Under the pieces are notes generated by a model. That model did not search any database. It worked only from the letters and a program-made list of their open reading frames with translations, and had not been told where the DNA came from. 64,000 bases of DNA from the human T2T-CHM13v2.0 reference genome, Homo sapiens, in the NCBI RefSeq assembly GCF_009914755.1, contig NC_060925.1. One strand, given 5' to 3'. The position numbers and the translations under genes are program-made. Positions 58,954-64,000 of the stretch are shown piece by piece; the first letter of the stretch is position 1, and every line of letters begins with the position of its first letter.

Positions 58954-59295
58954 GGCTGGGCATGGTGCCTCACGCCTGTAATCCTAGCATTTTCGGAGGC
59001 TGAGACGGGTGGATCACAAGGTCAGGAGTTCAAGACCAGCTTGGCCAAGATGGTGAAATCCCATCTCTACTAAAAATATAAAAAAATTTATCCAGACCTG
59101 GTGGCAGGCGCCTGTAATCCCAGCTACTCCGGAGGCTGAGGCAGAGAATTGCTTGAACCTGGGAGACGGAGGTTGCAGTGAGCCAAGATCGCACCACTGC
59201 ACTCCAGCCTGGGAGACGAGTGAGACTCTGTCTCAAAAAGAAAAAGAAAGGAAGGAAGGGAGGAAGGGAGGGAGGGAGGGAGGGAGGGAGGGAGG
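58954..59295 (+). mobile_element. AluS-type with purine-rich (GGAA/GGGA)n tail
   Basis: Forward Alu dimer. Confidence 0.93.
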
Positions 59296-59389
59296 ATTGT
59301 CTCTATTCCCTGTCTCCAATTATTCTCTTCACACTGTTAAAAAAAACTCATTCCTATTAATCTTGTTTTCAATATTCTGCTAAAACTAC

Positions 59390-61378
59390 GTCAAGGTCTA
59401 CTACTGTCAAGTTCACCAATGATACTACCTTTGCTCATCCAGTAGTCAGTTGTCAGTGTTCATTTTACTTCACTACTGGTAGCATTGTCACGGTTATTAC
59501 TCTGCTCCTTGAAACAGTCCCTTACTGACTTCCAGGACACCATGCATTCTTGATTTTCCTCCTTCTTCACTGGCTGCTCCTTTCTGTCTCCTGTGCTAGC
59601 CTCTCCTCTTTTCTTAGAGGTTTTAACCTTGGAATACCTTAAGGTTTAGCTCTTTTTTCTCCATGCTTTTTGATGATTTCATGCAATCTCTCTATGTGTG
59701 TGTGTTGATGATTCCGAAAGTGATAGCTCAAGCCTTAACTGCTCCCTCTGGACTTCAGATCTTTATATTCCAGCTGTCTACTGAGCATTTCCATTTGGAT
59801 GTCTAGTAGGCATCTCCAGTTCAAATTCTCCACATGGAATCTTCATCTTTCCCAAACCTGCACTATCTGCAGTCTTCCTCATCTCCATCTTTCAAGTTAG
59901 TTAGGCCCCAAACCTTGGAGTCATCTTCGATTCCTCCTATTCTCTCATACCTCGTTTGTAATGTGTTGGGGAATTCTCTGTGCTCTATCTTCAAAACAAA
60001 TCCAGAATATAATGACTTCTCATTACTTCCATGGCTCTGTTACAGGAAAGGGGTCCCAATCCAGACCCCAAGAGAGGGTTCTTGGATCTCATGCAAGAAA
60101 GAATTCAGGGCAATTAGGTAGAGTAAAGTGAAAACAAGTTTATTTGGAAAGTGAAGGAATAAAAGAATGGCTACTCCATAGAGCAGCCCCAAGGTCTGCT
60201 GTTTGCCCATTTTTATGGCTATTTCTTGATGATATGCTGAACACGGGGTGGATTATTCATGCCTCCCCTTTTTAGACCATATTGGGTAACTTCCTGACAT
60301 TGCCATGGCATTTGTAAACTTTCATGGCGCTGGTGGGAGTGTAGTAGTGGGGACAACCAGACGTCACTCTCGTCATCATCTTGATTTTGGTGGGTTTTGG
60401 CCATCTTTTTTACTGCAACCTGTTTTATCAGCAAGATCTTTATGACCTGTATCTTGTCCTGACCTCCTATCTCATCCTGTGACTTAGAATGTCTTAACTG
60501 TTTGGGAATGCAGCCCAGTAGGTCTCAGCCTCATTTTACCCAGCCCCTACTCAAGATGGAGTTGCTCTGGTTCAGACGCCTCTGACAGCTCCCACCCTAG
60601 TACAAGGTGCCATCAACTCTCACGTGAGTTATTGCAAGGACCTCCAAACTGGTCTCCCTGCTTTTATTTTTTGCCCTCTTCAATATTCTCAAAATAGCAA
60701 TCAGAGCACTCCTTTTATAATGCATGTCGGATCATGTCACTTTTCTCCTCCAAACTCTCCATGGATTTCTGGTTCACACAGAGTAAAAACCAAAGTCCTT
60801 AGGATAACCTCCAAGGCCCTACCTGATCATTCTGCCTGCCACTTTACCTGTCTGGTCTCATTTCCTACTGTTCTTCCTTTCACTTTACTCAGTTCCAGCC
60901 ACACTGGGCTCCTTGCTATTTCTTGACTATATTAGAAACCATCTTTTCATTTTAGCTTTTCCTGCCTTGAATGCTTGTCCTCCAGATTTCCACATGGTTC
61001 GCTTTGTTACTGTCACTTCTTTTAAGTCTTCGTTCAAATGTCTCCTTTTCAATGAGGCCTACTCTGATTACAGTATTTAAAATTCCATATCTTCTTACCT
61101 TGTAATATATTCTTTTTCCTTTCCTTTCCTTTCCTCCTTTCCTTTCCTTTCCTCTCTTCTCCTCTCCTCTCCTTTGTGTCTCCCTATAGCATTATTTTAC
61201 CTTATAAAATACTGTGTGACTTTCTAATTATCTTTTTTTTTTCTGTCCCATTTCCACTAGAATGTGAACTCCACAAGGGCAGAATTTTGTCCTGTTTTGC
61301 TCACTGTTGTGTCCCTAGTGTGTGAAATAGGGCCTAACATGTAAGAGGTGCTCAATGCTTTTTTTGGTGATTGAATGC
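59390..61378 (+). mobile_element. L2 element interrupted by MER41A
   Basis: L2 motifs (ccatttggatgtctagtaggcatctc; ctagaatgtgaactccacaagggcag); boundaries approximate. Confidence 0.75.
60038..60587 (-). mobile_element. MER41A (ERV1) solo LTR
   Basis: Reverse complement starts TGTCAGAGGCGTCTGAACCAGAGCAACTCCATCTTG; 4-bp TSD gctc. Confidence 0.88.
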
Positions 61379-62149
61379 TATTGTTTGTTCATTTTTATTC
61401 CTGGATATATTCAATTCTATAAATATAACACGTTAATTTAAAACATGAATTCTGATTATGCACATTTAGTTTCCTTCCTTTCTTCTTCCCTCACCCATCA
61501 CTTCTTCCTTCCTGCCTTCCTCCCTTCCTTCTTTTTTGCCACTATAAATAAAGCAGCTATGATCCATCTACAAGTGTGCTAGTATACGAAGTTTCTTTAG
61601 AGCGTAAAACCAATAGACAAATTACGGGCTAGCAGGACTTGCAGACTTCAACTTTATTAGATAATGAATGCCACACATTTTTAGTGTGGATTCACCAATT
61701 TGCATTCCTGTTTTTATTGCTCTACACCAGATGGACAAACTTCGTATTGCCAGAACATTTAATTTTTCACCATCTGATGGGTATTATCTCATTAATAGTT
61801 ACTACTTTAATTACTGGTGAGATTAAGCCTGGTGTCTGTGAGGATAGGTTAGGTTATGCTGCAGTAACAAATAATCTTCAAATCTCATGGGCTTAATGCA
61901 GTTCTTCACTGATGCAAAGTCTCCTATGGACTAAGACAACTCTCTGGGGCAACTTCTCCATGTAATAACTTGGAGGTCTAAGTTCAGGGAAACTCCATCA
62001 TTCTGTAACTGTAACAATCTGGAACATGGAACTTTCCCATTTGGTGTGGTAGGGGAAAAGACAGCAGGGATGGATACTCGTGAGCCATCTTCAAATGCTT
62101 CCATCTGAAAGTGACATGAATTATTTTCAAATGCTAAACGTAAGTGTTT

Positions 62150-63190
62150 AAGATAGTCATATGGTAATATGACCCAGTAATTCTATTCCTAGGCATATAC
62201 CTAAGATGGATGAAAATATACATCCACACAAAAAGTTGTACAGAAGTGTCAGTGGCAACATTCTTCATAATAACCAAAAAACAGAAACTGCCCAAATGTC
62301 CATACACTGATGAATGGATAAACAAACTGAGGTATATCCATACAATGGAATATTATTAGGCAATAAAAGGGAATGAAGTGCTGATAAATGCTTCAACACG
62401 ATGATCCTTGAAAACATGATGCTAACAGAAGGAAGCCAGTTACTAAAGACCCCAGGATTTTATTTATATGAACTGTCCAGAATAGGCAAGTCCATGAACA
62501 CAGAAAGCAGATCAGTGGTTGCCGGGGATGGAGGAAGCTGGTGAAAGGGGAGCGACTGCTAATGAGGAAGAGGTGCATTGTGGGGTGATGATAATATTTT
62601 GAAATTAGACAGTGGTGATGATTGCTCTGTTAGATACATTCACTCAATGTACTAAACCTAGTGAATTGTATGCTATAAAAGAGTGAACTTTATGATATAT
62701 GAATAATAGACCAATAAAACTGATATTTTAAAAAATACTTTAAAAATAAAGTATATTTCTATATGCCATCAAGAAACAGAAAATGAAATATTTTAGAAAT
62801 GCATCATTTAAAATGATTTCAAAAACATGAAGTTCCTGTGAAAAACATCTAACAAGATGTTCAGGGACTTTTATGGAAAAAATTAGATGAGATTTACATC
62901 TCATATTAGGGAAGAACTCAGTATATGGAGACAGATAGTCATACATTTTAGGACTGAATGATTAAAGGATATCAATTTCCTTTTCATTGTTATAGACTCA
63001 AAACAGTCTCAATAGGATCTCTATTAAATTCCTAACAATTTTTTTAGAACTTGACAAGCTGATTCTAAGATGTATATGGAAAGTCAAAACCCAAAGAATG
63101 CTAAAGCACTCTTGAAAAAGATGCAAAATGGGAGAATTTGTGCTATCAGATAGCAAGACTCGTTTTAAATCTGTAGTAATCAAGACAATG
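62150..63190 (+). mobile_element. Old L1M 3'-end and ORF2 fragments
   Basis: gacccagtaattctattcctaggcatatacc...gaatggataaacaaactgaggtatatccatacaatggaatatt. Confidence 0.75.
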
Positions 63191-64000
63191 TTTCTTTATT
63201 ATTTCTTTTTCCCTTCTACTTTCTTTGATTTTTTCTGTTCTAACTGCTTAAGTGAATGTTCGATTAAATGTTTTATTCTAACAGATTATAAAGGAATGAT
63301 AGCACATTAATTTTCAGCCTTTCTTCTTTTTGAAAAGTATTATTTATGGCTTTGAGCTGCCTTCTACATACTTCTTTATCTGTGTGAAATAAATTTTGAG
63401 ATACTGTTTTCACTAAGATCAGTTTAAAATAGGTTCTGATTTTCATATTTCTTTTTGCCCAGTTATTAACTTAAAAGTATTTTTCTGGTTAATTGAAACT
63501 TTAGTCAATTTGGAGTAAGCTTCTTGATTTCTAATGTTTCTTTTTGCATTAAAGCCTATTTTGTATGATATTGATATAACTCCACCAGCTTTCTTTTGTT
63601 CCGTATGTGCATGTTAAATCTTTTTTCCATCCTTTGCTTTCAGATTTCTACATACTTATTTTAAATGTGTCTCTGTATCCTATATCATTTTTCTGTCATT
63701 CTGCATTCAACCTTTCTATATTCTTATGTTTTAGATGTGTCTGTAGTAAACAGCATTTATTTCTTAAGGTATTTTAAATTCAATGTCTTTCCACTGGAGA
63801 ATTTTGTCAGTTTACATTTAATACAATTACTGATATATTTAGGCTTGTATTTACTTTCTGCTTTCTTTATTTGCCCATAATTCTGGTTATTTTCTTTTTT
63901 ATTGCCACATTTTAGGTTGATTATTTTTATCACTTCAAATTTTCTTTCATTACTTTAAGAGTTATACACTCTATTTCTATTGTTCAGTAACTACTGTGGA

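Noticed and set aside
60038-60587. MER41 as an interferon/STAT-inducible enhancer for LEPR
   Set aside because: This copy reads GGGGAGGCATGAATAATCC, the MER41A form that lacks the tandem GAS segment of MER41B.

Overview
Primate, very likely human, genomic DNA. It is repeat-rich (Alu, L1, L2, MaLR/ERV LTRs, Tigger2a, MER75, MER5A) and I found no intact protein-coding exon. A CpG island at ~55.0-55.9 kb holds a + strand non-coding first exon ending ...GGATCAAG|GTGGGA. I recognise this from memory as the internal (B219/OB-R-type) first exon of the leptin receptor gene LEPR, which would place the window in the large LEPROT/LEPR intron 2. The main finding is a chain of ~16 exon-like segments on the - strand (47254 down to ~8.5-9.8 kb), mostly with canonical splice sites and with matching intron phases at all but one junction. 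They join into a stop-interrupted reading frame of ~720 codons: a signal-peptide-like N-terminus, a Cys/aromatic-rich region of ~190 aa and a K/R/S/E-rich tail. This looks like a decayed, non-processed (unitary) pseudogene of a possibly secreted protein, lying head-to-head with the LEPR promoter. I do not recognise the protein family. Its 3' exons are tandemly duplicated, one exon is bracketed by an inverted duplication, and a nearby patch is a mosaic of locally copied fragments. All calls were made by eye; no database search was run.
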